Positions 63,576 to 64,000 of a DNA stretch of 64,000 bases are shown one piece after another. Origin of the DNA: Lysobacter sp. (GTDB lineage Bacteria > Pseudomonadota > Gammaproteobacteria > Xanthomonadales > Xanthomonadaceae). Numbering within the stretch: the stretch's first letter is position 1; each line of letters opens with the position of its first letter. The notes under the pieces were generated by a model, which searched no databases, was not told the DNA's origin, and was given only the letters and a program-made list of their open reading frames with translations. The stretch spans positions 1,388 to 65,387 of the forward strand of contig DASQMI010000069.1 in the NCBI GenBank assembly GCA_035645555.1, written 5' to 3'. The translations under genes were made by a program, and so were the position numbers.

Positions 63576-63856
63576 GACAACGTGTAGGCGAGGTAGCGCA
63601 GGTACGGCCACAGCAGGAACGCGAGCAACAGCAACACGACCGGCAGCGCGATCCAGCCGATCACGCGCAGGTTGCGGCTGGCGCGGTTCTGCAGCGCCTC
63701 GGCACGGTCGTTGATTCGTTCGACCCGGTCCAGCTGCGAGCGGGTCAGTTCGAACTGCTGGCGCTGCAGCGCCAGCGCCTCGTTCGCCAGCGCCAGCTGC
63801 TGCCGCTGCTGGTCACGGATCTCGCGCAACAGGGCGGTCGCGTCGGCGTCGTTCAT
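63572..63856 (-). CDS. Small coiled-coil protein with C-terminal TM helix
   Basis: ATG 63856 after GGGGAG; Q/L-rich heptads, then VIGWIALPVVLLLLAFLLWPY; 4-nt overlap with the GNAT gene. Confidence 0.75.
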   Translation of the reverse strand: MNDADATALLREIRDQQRQQLALANEALALQRQQFELTRSQLDRVERINDRAEALQNRASRNLRVIGWIALPVVLLLLAFLLWPYLRYLAYTLS

Positions 63857-63879
63857 GGCCACTCCCCGGGATATGCCGT

Positions 63880-64000
63880 TCAGGCTAGCAGGCGCCGCAC
63901 CTTGTGCAAGGCGGCCACGAACGCGTCGACCTCCTCGTGGGTGTTGTAGAACGCGAGCGAGGCCCGGCATGTGGCCGGCACGCCGTAGAACTGCATCAGC
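63880..64000 (-). CDS. sufS: Cysteine desulfurase SufS-like, C-terminal end (truncated by window end)
   Basis: [39 protein letters not shown]-stop, matching the class V aminotransferase C-terminus (RAS...YNT..EVD). Confidence 0.85.
   Translation of the reverse strand, partial: LMQFYGVPATCRASLAFYNTHEEVDAFVAALHKVRRLLA

Overview
GC-rich, gene-dense chromosomal segment whose gene order resembles the Xanthomonadales/Lysobacteraceae core genome (inference from synteny as recalled). Main blocks: prfC, sdaA, yceI-cytb-yceI, hemE, aroKB, pdxH, proC-yggS, pilTU, yqgE-ruvX-pyrB, mgtE, rpoN-hpf-hprK-rapZ-PTS, kdsDC-lptCAB, bolA-murA, purMN, hda, amgK-murU, comEA and the 3' end of a suf operon. I found no tRNA, rRNA, CRISPR, integrase or transposase. 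Most long ORFs in the supplied track are high-GC shadow frames, so several starts are corrected here. Most interesting signals: (1) a cluster of CANGGANG hairpins just after comEA that looks like a 3'UTR-derived CsrA/RsmA-sequestering sRNA; (2) a coupled sulfotransferase plus 2OG-Fe(II) beta-hydroxylase pair and a separate stand-alone cysD-cysNC PAPS cassette; (3) repeated leaderless-promoter geometry, including one 7-bp element that could act as -10 box for two divergent genes; (4) a small secreted Cys-containing protein with a TIMP/NTR-like pattern inserted between mgtE and ptsP; (5) no ptsN in the rpoN operon; (6) GTAG-family REP elements, one set as a direct-repeat array, and heptamer inverted-arm repeats. 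All coordinates and motifs were read by eye, and no database searches were run.
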